Below, piece after piece: positions 1-15,279 of a DNA stretch of 64,000 bases. Position numbers and translations under genes: made by a program. Position 1 is the first letter of the stretch. The number at the start of each line of letters is the position of its first letter. The stretch comes from the human T2T-CHM13v2.0 reference genome, Homo sapiens, in the NCBI RefSeq assembly GCF_009914755.1, contig NC_060927.1; one strand, given 5' to 3'. Below the pieces are notes generated by a model. It searched no databases. It had not been told where the DNA came from and saw nothing but the letters and a program-made list of their open reading frames with translations.

Positions 1-278
1 TTGTAAACTGTCATGGCACTGGTGGGAGTGTAGCAGTGAGGACGGATGACCAGAGGTCACTCTTGTCACCATCGTGGTTTTGATGGATTTTAGCCGACTC
101 CTTTAATGCAAGCTGTTTTATCAACAAGGTCTTTATGACCTGTATCTTGTGCCGACCTCCTATCTCATCCTGTGACTTAGAATGACTAACCATCTGGGAA
201 TGCAGCCCAGTAGGTCTCAGCCTCATTTTACCCAGCACCATTCGAGATGGAGTTGCCCTGGTTCGAATGTCTCTGACA
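1..278 (-). mobile_element. MER41-family ERV1 LTR, 5' part (continues beyond window start)
   Basis: The reverse complement begins TGTCAGAGACATTCGAACCAGGGCAACTCCATCTCGAATGGTGCTGGGTAAAATGAGGCTGAGACCTACTGGGCTGCATTCCCAG, matching the recalled MER41A/B 5' end. Confidence 0.85.
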
Positions 279-1435
279 CAAGGATCAGTCATTTCCTAAC
301 CAATCAGGAACGATTTTTTAAAAGCTTTTCCTATCTTAACGTGTGCAAGCTTCTCTTTACCTAGCTCCCAAGAGAACCTGGAGGAGAGAGACAAGCAGGC
401 TTGCTTCCAAGAATAGTTCTGGGTAGTGGTCCCAGGAGGCCACATCCACTCAACTCCACTGAGTGACCAGACAAATGCGCTGGTACAAACAAGAATGGAT
501 ATAAACTCCTTGTTTGGACCCCAAAATGCAATTGTGTAAATATAGGATGGGGAATACCCAGCCTGAAAAAAAAGTTGTAAAAACAGTTCAGCAGCTTTAG
601 CCAACCACAAGCTGACCTTAAAATCCATACTGGGACAGAGTATCTTAGGTTGCATCACAAGAAGTATAGTGACCAAAATGAAGGAGGTGACAATTACAGG
701 CAGACCACATCTGGAATTCAGATTAGTTTTGGGTCCCTCAAGACTCTCTGTTAACCCATCACTTCCCCAACCTGGGGACCAAAGCCAGGTTCGCAGAGGG
801 TCTCTGAGGTTCCTTTCTTGCCCCTCTCCATCTGGTACCAGGGAAAAGGAAGAAGGTAACAAGAGGCAAAGAGAAGAGCTGGCCAGAAGCCAGGAAACTT
901 GTTCCCCACCACATCAAGTGTGTAATTGGGCTAATTCTGTAGTATTTGTGCTTCCAGGCCTTTGTTTCCCTTTGTCTGTATAACTCCTGATTGGAACATT
1001 TGCTTTTCCTTTTGTGTGGTCCTAAACCGAATCCTCTCTGCTAATGTTCATGAATGTGTTCTGATGGATGTTTTCCAGAGCCCTTTGTTGCCTCAATTAA
1101 GGGATAATGAACAAGAATTGTTTCTATTTGTAAAACAGCCCAGCCATTTCTGCTTCCCAATTGGTGGGACAATGTGTCTTAATTAAGCACAAAGACTTGT
1201 CACTTCATCTACTGTCAAGATCTCCAAACAGGCAGTGATAGGGTGCAGGGGAAAGAAACAGAAGCCTGGGGGGTCTGGGGGGCCCCTCTGATGCCTGGTT
1301 GGGCCCAGAGGGGCCAGGGAAGCCCAGTGGGCAGCTCCCAGGTGTCAGGAGCTATGCCAGATCATCTGTAGCCTCGGAATGCCTGGGCAAGACACCTGGC
1401 CTTTTTCTACGCTGCTGTGCCAGGCCTTTGTCACC

Positions 1436-1645
1436 AAGAGCATGGTCTCTGGAAGCAGACTGCCTGGGTTTGGTCCCTGCTCCATACTCACTAGCTGTGT
1501 GACCCTCACCCAGAACGTGAGTGAGAATAAGTAAAATGATGACGGCCCCCACCCCACTGAGTGTGGGCAGCTTGAATCTGACAGCACAGGGGAAGCGCTA
1601 AGAACAACACTAGGCTCAAGGAAAGCCCCTCAGTAAGTGCTGGTG
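1436..1645 (+). mobile_element. MIR SINE
   Basis: AGAGCATGGTCTCTGGAAGCAGACTGCCTGGGTTTGGTCCC...CACTAGCTGTGTGACC, with a degenerate MIR 3' end. Confidence 0.75.
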
Positions 1646-2185
1646 ACGATATTCTTTCTAAAAACAGTGCTCCGGATTTCCTCTGGGCTCTCCTCCTCCC
1701 CCAGTGGATATGTGGTTCGGGAGAACAGAATCACAGCTGTGTGCCACCACGGCTCCATGTCCCCGGTAGCACAGAGCGCGGCAGGACATTCCTGGAATGA
1801 GCTGCAGGAATGGTCCCACAGGCAACCTGCAGACAGTTGTGACATCTTGGCAGGAACACCAGCCACTCAGGGGCCTGGGGCCAGGCATTCATCCACTCAC
1901 CTTGGGTGAGTAGGAAGGTGGATGGAATGCCTGGGAGAGTCTGGAATGGAGCCACACTCAAGGAGCTCCAGGCAGTGGCTCTTTACCCTGCTGTGTGCAA
2001 AGACTTCAGTAGCTTAATAAAGGGCACGGCCGTCCAGGTGCCCAATCACATGCCCTGCTGGGACTCATGACTACCAGAAACCCCTCAGAAGTCAGTTTTG
2101 CAGAGCCAAGCTGGAGCCTGCTCATACCCCACACACACCCCTCAGGCCCATCAGTGGCAATTGAGAGCTAGAAAGACATGACCAG

Positions 2186-2612
2186 TGTTTCTCAGATAGG
2201 AGTAGCACCAGGTGGTCACAGGAAGATGGAGAAACCCAAACAACAGCTAAAACGAGAACAGGGTAAAGAAACCACAAAATAACCAAAAACCCAAAATAAG
2301 GGAGAGAAAACGGCCCAAATCCTGGTCACGGTGACACGTCCATAACATGTCTGTGTCTTATTTGGATTTCCAGACAAACCCAAATAAGAGAGAAAGGGGC
2401 AGTAACTGGGGGTCCCTGAGATCCCCTCCTTTTCCAGAATACCTGGTGATTATTCCACCCACTGATTAGACACCCATAAAATTAGAAACCCAAACCCTCG
2501 GTTCATTCTAACTCCTCTGTGAATTCTTTCTTGGACGGTATCAAGAACCTGGGAACTTGCTGGGCTGGGATCTCACTGGCCTCTGGAGACCCTCCTGAGC
2601 CCTCTGGCAACG
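2186..2612 (+). mobile_element. ERV1-class solo LTR (subfamily uncertain, MER41-like)
   Basis: TG start, LTR-like body and 3' motif CTGTGAATTCTTTCTTGGACGGTATCAAGAACC typical of MER4-group LTRs. Confidence 0.5.
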
Positions 2613-2879
2613 TTTCCCTCGGCCCCGGATCCCCGACCCGCTCAGGCTCCACGAAGACAGCAATGTGTGTCCCCAACCAATTCCCAGTACTTCAAAATAC
2701 CCCACTCATTTGTGGAGGAAAAGACCACAATAGGTCTTTTGCTTTCGGTGGGAATTCCCTCAACCGAGGGCCACACCAGGGCTGAGAGGGGCTCACATTG
2801 CTCAGATGTTTATATTGATGATTGACTCTGGGGTTCTATGATTGATACCAAACCTGTCAATACAACCTTTACAAAAAGG

Positions 2880-3110
2880 GTGCAGACTGCATACCAAGCC
2901 CTGCCTGAGCTTCTTGAGTCTATTATCCAATTGAACTCTCACAACCACCCCCCAAGACAGTTATCATCCCTATTCTTGCCATTTTACAGATACAATCGCT
3001 GCAGCTCAGAGAGGTACAGGGAGCTTCCCAGAGTCACCAGGAAATTGTGGAGGCAGGACCTGCGCTCAGGTCGCTCCTACCTCACCAGCAGGGGGCTGAA
3101 CCCCACGTGA
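2880..3110 (-). mobile_element. MIR SINE
   Basis: CTCACAACCACCC...CCATTTTACAGAT...GCTCAGAGAGG is the reverse MIR core. Confidence 0.7.
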
Positions 3111-3249
3111 TCCACTGTTGCTGAAACTTTCTGGTCTTCCATGGCATGACTCAGGTCTCCTCCTCTCGGCTCTAGCTGGTGCAGGAACCTCCCAGCTTAC
3201 CTCCTGACTTCACAGTGTACCCTCCTCCCCAGCCTGCCTCGGCCCACCG

Positions 3250-3520
3250 GCCAGATGAGTTTGGGGTGAAAGATGTTTATTAGGGATCAACCCTTGTGAG
3301 AAGAAGGGTTGGTGGGGGAATGTTGGGCAGAGGGAGAAGTCAGTCTGCAATGCAAAATCGAGAACGCTCAGCCAACCCAGAGGGGAGCTCCAGACAGAAC
3401 AAGCCCTTCAGTGCCCCAAGCAGATGGAAATGGTGGGGCCTTTATCCCCTAGAGCCCTCAGGAGGGCATGGCCTCAGGCAAAGCCGGCCCTGAAGAAGCT
3501 GACAGTCAGAGGTGGTCTCC
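3250..3520. mobile_element. LTR16-like ERVL LTR fragment
   Basis: TTGGGCAGAGGGAGAAGTCAGTCTGCAATGCA...CTCAGCCAACCCAGAGGGGAGCTCCAGA resembles LTR16. A related copy lies in the opposite orientation at ~50830-51240. Confidence 0.6.
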
Positions 3521-4679
3521 ACTGCACACCTACAACAAGGCATGTGAAGAGTGGGGAGGGACACCTCTGTGTCGACTACACCACGTCCCATCCCTGGCTG
3601 CAGGCTTCAGTGTCTCCCCACGGAGGCAGAATGCAGCTGGGCCTCCATGCTGCTCAGTTGGTGGCATTTGGCTTCTGGCTCTTTGTTAGGCCGCCCTGCC
3701 CCTGCCCTCTCCTCTCAGAGCCCTCCACCCCTCTGACCACACCCCAGAGGCTTCCTTAGCTCCTCCATGGTCTCCTCTCCCCTAGGCTGACTTCTCCCCG
3801 GAGACCACCTCCCTGGGAGCCTTGCCTGATCACTGTCTTGTGAGTATTATGCAGAACCCTCTGGGCCTCCAGCCACCCCTGCACAGCAACCACCTCCTAC
3901 CCCAAGCCAGAGTAGACTAAGTCTGCCCCATGGCTCTGGGCAGACCCTGCCACAGAGCAGAAGGGACCCACCGCAAGGTGGGGAAAGATGACTGGGGTAA
4001 TCAGAGAGCCAAACTCAGAGCCCCAGAGGGCTGGAGGCTTAGGGACATGAGTAACAGGGTTGGCAGTGAGCACCAGGCGCTTGTGGGACCGTGGCCCCAC
4101 CTAAGGGGGATGACCTCCGCCCAGCCCCAGCCAACTCATCCAGATGGGAGTGGGCACAGTGTGGACCGATTCCTCCATTTCCCCAGAGAGCTTAGATGTC
4201 TAGGTTTTTGTTTCAATTACCTTGATTTTTGGTTAAAGTTGGCCTCTACTTTCAAATTAACAGAAACACTGGATTGTGTGACTCAAACCAAGACCCTGCA
4301 GGCCCTGGAGTGGACAAATGAATGCACCACCCCCGCTGGGGCTCAGTCACGGAGCACATGCTAACTAACTGCCTGTGTGGGCCCAGAGCCCCAGCCTCAC
4401 AAAGTCCCCAGGCGGGGAGACAGCCAGGAGGCAGTGGTCTTCATGAAGAGTGAATGATTATTAGTACAATGTTTTGGGATAAATGGAGCAGTCGGGGGTG
4501 GCAGTTTGAAGGGAGCGGGTCTGATGGAGAGGGTGATATTGGAATGGGGACTGAAAGGCTGGGCGCCAGCAAGCCCCACAGCTTTGCAGACCGGCTTTTG
4601 GAAGGTGGGGGTATGGGTCACAGAATCCTAAGAAATGTGGCCTTTATTCACTGCAAGGTGACAGCCAGTGGGGTTTTAA

Positions 4680-5160
4680 GTGGAGGAGATGCTTGCTTTG
4701 CTTACTTTTCAATGGGGCCGCTCTGACTGCTTTTGTGAGCATGGCTGGGTGGAGAAGGTAGGGCAGGGTGGCTGTCACAGTCATCCAAGGAGGACGGGAG
4801 GGTGGCCCTGACAGCGGGTGGCGGTGGGGCAGTGAGAAATGGTTGGATTGAGGACGTGTTTTGAAGGTAGAGCCAGCGGAATGTGCTGACAGACAGCGCC
4901 TGGATGAGAGAGGAGGCCAAGGTGCCCATGAGGACAGTGTGGAGGGGGAGAGCAGGCTCTGCGGAGAAGGCCACAGCACTGTTCAGATGCAGGGCAAGGT
5001 TGGAGCCTCTGAGGCCTCCATGGAGCTGCCCAGCAGGCAGCTGGTGCAGGACTGGGACTCTGATGGGGAGAGACCCAGACCAGACTCTCCTCTGGCTGAA
5101 TGAACAAGTTCCAGCAGCAAGGGACTTGTGTTTAAACGCAGGAGGCTGACCATCCCCAGG
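4680..5160 (-). mobile_element. L2 LINE fragment
   Basis: GGCAGTGAGAAATGGTTGGATTGAGGACGTGTTTTGAAGGTAGAGCCAGC is a typical antisense L2 segment. Confidence 0.65.
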
Positions 5161-5418
5161 GAGGTCATTCAGAAAATGGGGCCAGAAGCTGCTGCAGACC
5201 CAGGCCTGGCCACCACCCCGTCCACTCAGGGCAGGGCATGTGGCCCGGGAAGGGGATGGGGTGGAAATAGGCCGTGACTGTCCTGAGGACACAGGGGAAG
5301 AGAGGATGGGGCGAGCCCAGGGGTCTCAGCCTCGCCTGGGCGGATTAAGCATCTGAAAACCCCACCCCCACCCCAGGAGCTCCAGTCCTCATGAGTGACA
5401 GGTGCAGACGGTGCCCGG

Positions 5419-5432
5419 GTTGCCATGACAAC
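5419..5432. promoter_or_regulatory. RFX X-box motif
   Basis: GTTGCCATGACAAC matches the palindromic X-box GTTGCCATGGCAAC at 13/14 positions, in apparently unique sequence. Confidence 0.5.
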
Positions 5433-6809
5433 GGAGAGATGCACTGCTGGCAGTCCACACTTCCTCTCTGACCACCCTCCGCCCCCTATGGGCATCAGGG
5501 TGCAGAGAGGCAAAGGCTCAGGCCACCGGGTCAAGCCGTGCAGGCAGCTGGTTAATGAGCCAACCCTGGGCGTCCCTGGGAAACAGTGACCAGGACTGTT
5601 AGGATGGCCACTGAGACTTCACCAAGGTGGCTGCACTATAAGTACCAGCAGCGGTAGTGAGTGCTTTGGTGCAACAGCCTGTCTTTGGGGTTCTGGAGCC
5701 AGGCTCACTGAGTGACTCCAGAACCAACTAGCTGAGTGACCCTTGGGAAAGTCACTTAACCTCTCGGGGCCAGCTTACCTGGAAGCGGTGGGGACAGGCT
5801 CAGTGGGATGCTCCACTCCCTTCAGTACCTCTTAAAGCCTAGTGTGAGAGCCGTGCCTCCAGGGTCCTACCCCTGTCACCTCCACCACTGCCAGTTCCAC
5901 CATCCTCCTCCTCCCGGCCTCCCCTCCCTGCCCTGGCAAACTCCACTGTCCACCACTGCCTGTTCAGACAACCTGTCCCAGGTATCACTGTCCCTTCACT
6001 TCGGGGGACAACTCTCTCTCTCTCTCTCTGCCGACTTTTACAGATCCTTTCTATGTCTTTAAGAGGTTGCCTTGTGACATTTCCACCAGGGAGCAGAGGA
6101 AGGGAGGGTGGCTTCCAGGAAGAAGGCAGCCCACCCTCTGGTGCTCCCTGCTCATTTATCTTACTCTCCCCTTCCTTTGTCTCCCTACCTCCCTCCCCAG
6201 CTCATCCCCTTCCCTTCACCCCACATCCACCACTGACAGATGGGGCCTGCAGCTGCAGCCTCCTGTCCCCCGGCCCCCGTGGTGGCTGCCCCCTCTGAGG
6301 TCAGGGCAGGCCCTGCAGCTGGCAGCCCTGCCTGCTGGAGCTGAATTCCCTGCTGGCCTCCCAGCCCACAGCTGCATGGAAGGACTGCTGCTGCTCTAAG
6401 CAGCCCCTGGCCAAAGGAAGAGAAGGGCAGTGCTAGGACATTTCACACAGGGTCTTGTTTCGTTTAGTCCTCACCATAATATACCCATGAAGGCACAGTA
6501 AACCCATTGAACAGATGAGAACAACTGACACTCACGGAGGTGTTGGAGCTCCTTTGTGACAGTCAGAGCCACCCAGCTAAGGCGTGAAGGAGCCAGGCTT
6601 GGAGTCCAGGTATGCATGGAAATGGGTGGTGCCCTCTTGGCCCCACGGTGGGGCTTCCCAGATTGTCTTCCTGTTCATCTGCCTGCCATGTAACTCAGAG
6701 CTCAGAGCACAAGGCTAACATGGCCTACGGTTCGCATAGGAACCACTGAGCTGGGGTTGGCCCTGGTCCGAGGCTGGGCCTGGACTATGCCTGGTCATGG
6801 GGATGTTGG

Positions 6810-7250
6810 ACACTACATCTGAGATTTGCTCTTTGCAAATCTCATTCCTTGCCCTGCTCTGTACCGTAGGGCATTGCCTTGCCCTCTGGCTTCCTGAAAG
6901 TATGTCTACGGGAAGGCACTGATAGAGGCTGGCGGGCAGGAGGAGGAAGATAGCCAGGTGTTTCTCCCTATTCAGTCTTGGCAGCACCTCTGGCAGTGCT
7001 GTTTCCTTCATAACTCTAGCTCAGTTTGGGGCTCCGCCAAACTGAACCCCCTTCCATGGTCGCAGCTCCCATGCAGAAGCCTCTACCATGACTCCGAAAG
7101 GTGCCCTGGTTTCTGGGCTCTGGTGACACTGCCTTCTCTCTGTGGGACAGCAGTCATGAATCTCCGGCTTGCTTAAGTCACCAGCCAGTTTGGTTACCAG
7201 TTTCCCTGTATCAAATCACCTGTTTATGAGACCTAGAGTGACTTCTGTTT
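6810..7250. mobile_element. LTR33-like ERVL LTR
   Basis: CCTTGCCCTCTGGCTTCCTG...GGCGGGCAGGAGGAGGAAGATAGCCAGGTGTTTCTCCC...GGCAGCACCTCTGGCAGTG resembles LTR33. Confidence 0.55.
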
Positions 7251-8320
7251 GGGAGAAGAGATCCTAGACCATCCCCACTGTTGAAGAAGAAGAACCTAGC
7301 CATGACCATCAGAAAGGAGGAGCAAGGAGTGAAAGATGTGTCTCAGATCCACAGCGTCACCAGGAGGTGGCCACCAGCCCACTCTGGGACCTGGCCTCCT
7401 CTCATATGAAAGACAATAGCCGTACTCTTGGTGCTTTCTTTGAGGGCTCTTGTCAGGGTAAAATGGGGCAAAGAGCTGGTTGGTGCTCAGGCCAGCACAA
7501 GGCACTCTCAGATGCCCAGGCCTGCACACTCTCATCCCCACTGTTCTCAGCCCGGCCTGCCTGGGCACAGAGGTGGACTACTGCAGGGCCCGCACGTCTC
7601 TCCAGCCTTATCTTGGGCTGTTCCACCCACCCAGAGCAGATCCACACAGATTCCGAGGAAGTTCAGCAAGGCTCTGACTGTCCTCGGGAAAAGGGGGTAG
7701 CTGGCACACAGGAGTGAGTCCCTGAGAGATCTCTGCTAAGGCAGCAAAGTCTACATGGTGCCCTGGAGACCTTGTTCATTTTGTCCTCTCAAGATGACAA
7801 CCTTACTGCTCTGGGGAACTTTCCACCTGCTCAGTGCACCAAAGGAAGGGAGACTGTCAAAAGAACCAGAGGATCTGAGATTGCAAAGGGACATCATGGG
7901 GCCCTTGAGGAACAGCTTCCTGCTGGTGCACAAAGCCCAGCCAGAGCCAACCAGAGCCGGCTGAGCATCTACAGGGACAGGGGCTTCCCACCTCCCAGGT
8001 CCCCACACCACACTGAGCAGCTCTGAGGAAAGTATACACATGGGAAACAATGGCAAATGGAAATAGGATACCGTTATCATTAGAACTCTGGCAGACCTAG
8101 CTCATTTTGGTCCAGAGGACCTTTCTCTCTGCCTGCTGCATAGAGATAAGCTGGGTAGCTTCCCCAGGGGCCTAATCTCAGCAGTTGCCCCTCCTCTGCA
8201 GCTGGCCCCACCCTCTCCCAGCATGTGGCCCTCCCTGGGACAATCACACTGCCAGGTGCCCAGATCCAGGAGAGAGCACTGTGTCCAAGCCAGCCTAGCC
8301 CCAAACCTTCCCTGGATACT

Positions 8321-9290
8321 TGAAGGAGTGGGTTGCCCCTCCACACCTGTGGGTGTTTCTCGTAAGGTGGAACGAGAGACTTGGAAAAGAAAAAGACACA
8401 GAGACAAAGTACAGAGAAAGAAATAAGGGGACCCGGGGAACCAGCATTCAGCATATGGAGGATCCCGCCAGCCTCTGAGTTCCCTTAGTATTTATTGATC
8501 ATTCGTGGGTGTTTCTCCGAGAGGGGGATGTGTCAGGGTCACAAGACAATAGTGGGGAGAGGGTCAGCAGACAAACACGTGAACAAAGGTCTTTGCATCA
8601 TAGACAAGGTAAAGGATTAAGTGCTGTGCTTTTAGATATGCATACACATAAACATCTCAATGCTTTACAAAGCAGTATTGCTGCCTGCATGTCCCACCTC
8701 CAGCCCTAACAGCCCTAAGGCGGTTTTTCCCTATCTCAGTAGATGGAACGTACAATCGGCTTTTATACCGAGACATTCCATTGCCCAGGGACGGGCAGGA
8801 GACAGATGCCTTCCTCTTGTCTCAAATGCAAGAGGCATGCCTTCCTCTTATACTAATGCTCCTCAGCACAGACCCTTTAAGGGTGTCGGGCTGGGGGACG
8901 GTCAGGTCTTTCCCTTCCCACGAGGCCATATTTCAGACTATCACATGGGGAGAAACCTTGGACAATGCCTGGCTTTCCTAGGCAGAGGTCCCTGCGGCCT
9001 TCCGCAGTGTTTGTGTCCCTGGGTACTTGAGATTAGGGAGTGGTGATGACTCTTAAGGAGCATGCTGCCTTCAAGCATTTGTTCAACAAAGCACATCTTG
9101 CACAACCCTTAATCCATTTAACCCTGAGTTTGACACAGCACATGTTTCAGAGAGCACGGGGTTGGGGGTAAGGTCACAGAATCTCAAGGCAGAAGAATTT
9201 TTCTTAGTACAGAACAAAATGGAGTCTCCTATGTCTACTTCTTTCTATACAGACACAGTAACAATCTGATCTCTCTTGCTTTTCCCCACA
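8321..9290 (-). mobile_element. Solo HERV-K(HML-2) LTR, LTR5_Hs type, full length (970 bp)
   Basis: The minus strand starts TGTGGGGAAAAGCAAGAGAGATCAGATTGTTACTGTGTCTG and ends ...GGGGCAACCCACTCCTTCA (TG...CA). There is a perfect 6-bp TSD GATACT at 8315-8320 and 9291-9296. A TATA-like box lies at 8761-8768 and AATAAA at 8491-8496, both on the minus strand. Confidence 0.95.
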
Positions 9291-11551
9291 GATACTCATG
9301 CTAGAGCTGGCCCTTCAGAGACGAGGCCTGACAGCCTCTCACCAGCCTCTCTGGTCTGCACGGAGGGCTAAGTTCCTTGCTGGAGGCTCCTCACCTTCGC
9401 TTCCCTTTCCTTGTCCATTATGGCTGGGCAGTGGTGTTCCTAACCCTCTCCCCAATCCCAGAGGTCAGGGATTTCAGGGACTGGTGGAAGGATCCATCCT
9501 CAGAGCGAGTCCTGCCCACTTCGTCCTCCTGAGAGGCTGTTCCCCTGCCTCTGATGTCAAGGCCAGGTCTGAAGCGATGACTGTGGCCCTACCCGACTTC
9601 CCTGCACAGCATTTCTAGTTCACTAACTTCATGAATCTCCCTGGCACCCTGCTACCTCTGGGCACAGACCACACCTGCCCTCCCTCCCCAGCCCCCATCT
9701 CACCTGGGATTCCCACTTCGATGCCTCCTGTGGCTCACTCATGGTCTGGAGTCCCCACGCCTCTGTCCCATATTTGTCTGAACACACATCAGCCCTCAAG
9801 GTCACCAAGGGGGTGCCACCCACGGCTGTCTCTGACCCCCAGTCTTCAATGCTGGGGCCTCCTGGGCTCTGGCCTCACTGTGGAAATCACTCCCAGTCAC
9901 TGTCTGGAATCACTTCCTCTTCCCCATGCAATAACCTTGGGCCCCTGTCACCCTCTGCCAGGGAGAATAACAGCAAGCCCCAGGGTCCTAACCACATAGA
10001 TTAATCCTCATTTGGTCATCTGGGGTAGGCACTGATGGTATCCCCCTTTCTTACAGATGAGGAAACAGAGGTGCAGAGAGGATAAATGATTTGCCCGACA
10101 TAAATACTGTTCCGAACAGGAGACAAGGAAGTAGTAGGTAGAAGAGAGTGGTTTCCCAGCAAAGGCCCCACCCTCAAGCCTGGATTCCCAGGTCAATAAA
10201 TGAGAACAGGCTTTCTTGTTTTCGTGCCCCAAAAGTTGCCTTTTTGGCCCACAATGCCCCCTATCTTGCCCCCAATATAAACCCCAAATCCCAAATTCCA
10301 GGAGAGACCAGCAGACCAGCAGATCAGTGATGGCCAGCCATGGGGTCCAAGCCCAAAAGCCCTTGCCCTGGTTCCTGCACCTGCCTGTCTGCATGCTCCC
10401 CCTTCCCCTCCCCTGCCATAAAGGGTTTGAGCTCCTGGTGGCCCAATAGAGAGACACACCCCTGTCGCACATCCTACAAGGGGGGCCAGGGAACTCTCCT
10501 GTTTCAATATGGCTTGCCCACAGACAGTGTGTGGGAGAGCTGAGATTTGAACCCACTCTGCCTTGAGCTCCCAGCTTAAACCCCTACACTGTCCAACCAA
10601 AAGAATAAGTCAGAGTAGTTCAGAACATTCCAATGTGGCATGATTCACTTGTTCTCACAGGGGATGTGCAGAGGATGGTGACAGAGAAAGGACTGCCCAC
10701 CCCCACATACACTGGGGCACCCCCAGGCAGCTGCTACAAGCCAGGGTGGGATGGGGGCATTCTGACCCCGCTTATTACTCCCCAGGGCCGGGGAGGATGG
10801 GAGGATGGGCAAGGTGACACCCAGTCATAGCTGCATTACCTCATTGGAAGTATTCTCTAACTGAAACATTAAACTGCTAGTGAGCATAATTTCTAGGCAG
10901 ACAGCAACTTTGCACAGGAAATTTGCAAGCATTACATGTCCTCTTTCCTTGTTGCAATCTGTATAGTTTATCTTCTGAAACAGGGCTCGTGACTAAAGAA
11001 CAAGTCTCCTAGGCTGCTACTCCCAGAAACGAAAAATATATCATTCCTTACATGGCAGAAATTGGGCTTTCAAACCTATAAAGGAGAATTTGAACAAGGC
11101 TCTCCCAGAGCAGTTCCTGTCTTCCTCTGGCTCTTTCTACATCTCTTTCCCCTCTTTTTTCACTTTCACACTTCAAGACTGAGACCTGATTTTAAACCCA
11201 GTCCATTCCTGCTTAAGTGTCTGATGTCTCCTTTCCGAAGCTCAGAGCAGTCATCTTCCCTTCACATGACACATTCTAAAGAATTCTCCCTGTCTCCCCA
11301 GGGCTTCCCACCAGACTGAAGCAAAACTGACTCTCAGAATGCAAATGCCTCAGTCCCTGGCCTCCATTTATTTCTGCAGCAAATGTTAAGCAAGCACCTA
11401 CTATATTCCAGGCACCATCCTAGGCATGGGGCAGCCGTGAGAAAACAAATTCCTACCTTCGAGTGTTCGTGTGTATCAGTTTAGCAGCTCTCAGCTGCAA
11501 GGGATGAAACCTCAGCACAACAAAGCTTAAACAATAGAGCTATTTAATGTC

Positions 11552-11689
11552 TTTTTTTTTTAATTTTTAAAAATAGACATGGGGTCTTACTACATTGCCC
11601 AGGCTGCTCAAACTCCTGGGCTTAAGCCATTCTCCTGCCCCACCCTCCCAAAGTGCTGGGATTAGAGGCATAAGCCACCACACCCGGCC
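11552..11689 (-). mobile_element. FLAM (free left Alu monomer)
   Basis: Poly-T, then a single Alu monomer ending ...AGCCACCACACCCGGCC. Confidence 0.85.
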
Positions 11690-11934
11690 ATATTTTCTTA
11701 TATGACAAGAATTCTGGTGGTAAAGGAAGGTCCAGGATTGGTTAATTCAATAGACCAATGATGGAAAGTCTGGTTTTTCCCATCTCTCCACTTTCCCATT
11801 ATCAATGGATTGACTTTGCTCCTCAAACTAGCTCTCTTCCTGGTCACAAAATGGCTGCCACAGTTCCAATCATCATAACCAGGTACAAAAATGTTCCAGA
11901 GAACAGAGTTTCTTCCTTCCGACTCCTTTTAAGA

Positions 11935-14360
<2,426 letters not shown>

Positions 14361-15279
14361 CATTTCTCAGAAGCAACCTCCCATCTCAGTGGCTGGATTT
14401 GCGTCTTCCACAATTTCTAGCATGAGGAATGGGATTGTCTTGGCTGGTTTAGACTCATCAGGACTTGCTGGGAGCATGCAGGAGGGGTACTTGAACCCAT
14501 CGAGAGTCTTGTTAGAAAGAAAGGTGGAGAGGGAGATGGGTATGAAGCAGGCTGCCTCTGGGGGCCTCCTACATGGAAGGTCCCAGACTGCAAACAAATT
14601 GGTAAACAGAAGTGCTCAGGTAGGCGTGTGTGCTACAGGAAAGAAAGCAGTGTGGTGTGAGAGGCGGAGACTTCTGGGGCCCGCAGGGAGGCCAGACGGA
14701 CCCTCTCTGGGGAGGTGACTTTGGAACCCAGACCCGAATGTTGGGAGAAATCCAAGCAAATAGCACAGCAAAAGCCAAGAGTCAGGAGGGAGAACCCATA
14801 ACCATGGTGTAACCTCGTGAGCACAGAAAGGCGGGCTGGAGACTTGGCTGGAAAGGGGAGAGGCCAGGGGTTGGCTTTCACCCCAAGAGCTAGGCAAGCC
14901 ACTGAAAAGTTCTGCCAGTGGGATGACACAATCCCACTTATATTTTAAGAGTCACAGCTGTGTGGGAAGTGGACAGGAAGATAGAAACAATGTAAGTCGG
15001 GATGATGGTGAAGAAAAAGAAAGATATGGGAACAGCAGGCTGTAGGCTACAAAGCTGGTGGGTGGTAGAGTATAGAAATCATATGTTTGATGTGGTGGGA
15101 GCCCTCAGGAGCTCTCCTTGGGTGGCCTTGCTGTTCAGAGGCCTCTGAGACACTCACCTGGGATGTCAGGCAGGCACCTTCCTCATCTGTTAGATGGGAA
15201 ATGTGGCTCTGGAGACAAATGACATTAACACCCCCCTTTATGACTCCCCTGCCATGTGACTGTGGCTTCAAAAGTATCC

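Noticed and set aside
1-278. MER41 interferon-inducible (STAT1 GAS) enhancer
   Set aside because: The part of MER41 that carries the GAS sites would lie beyond the window start, so it cannot be assessed here.
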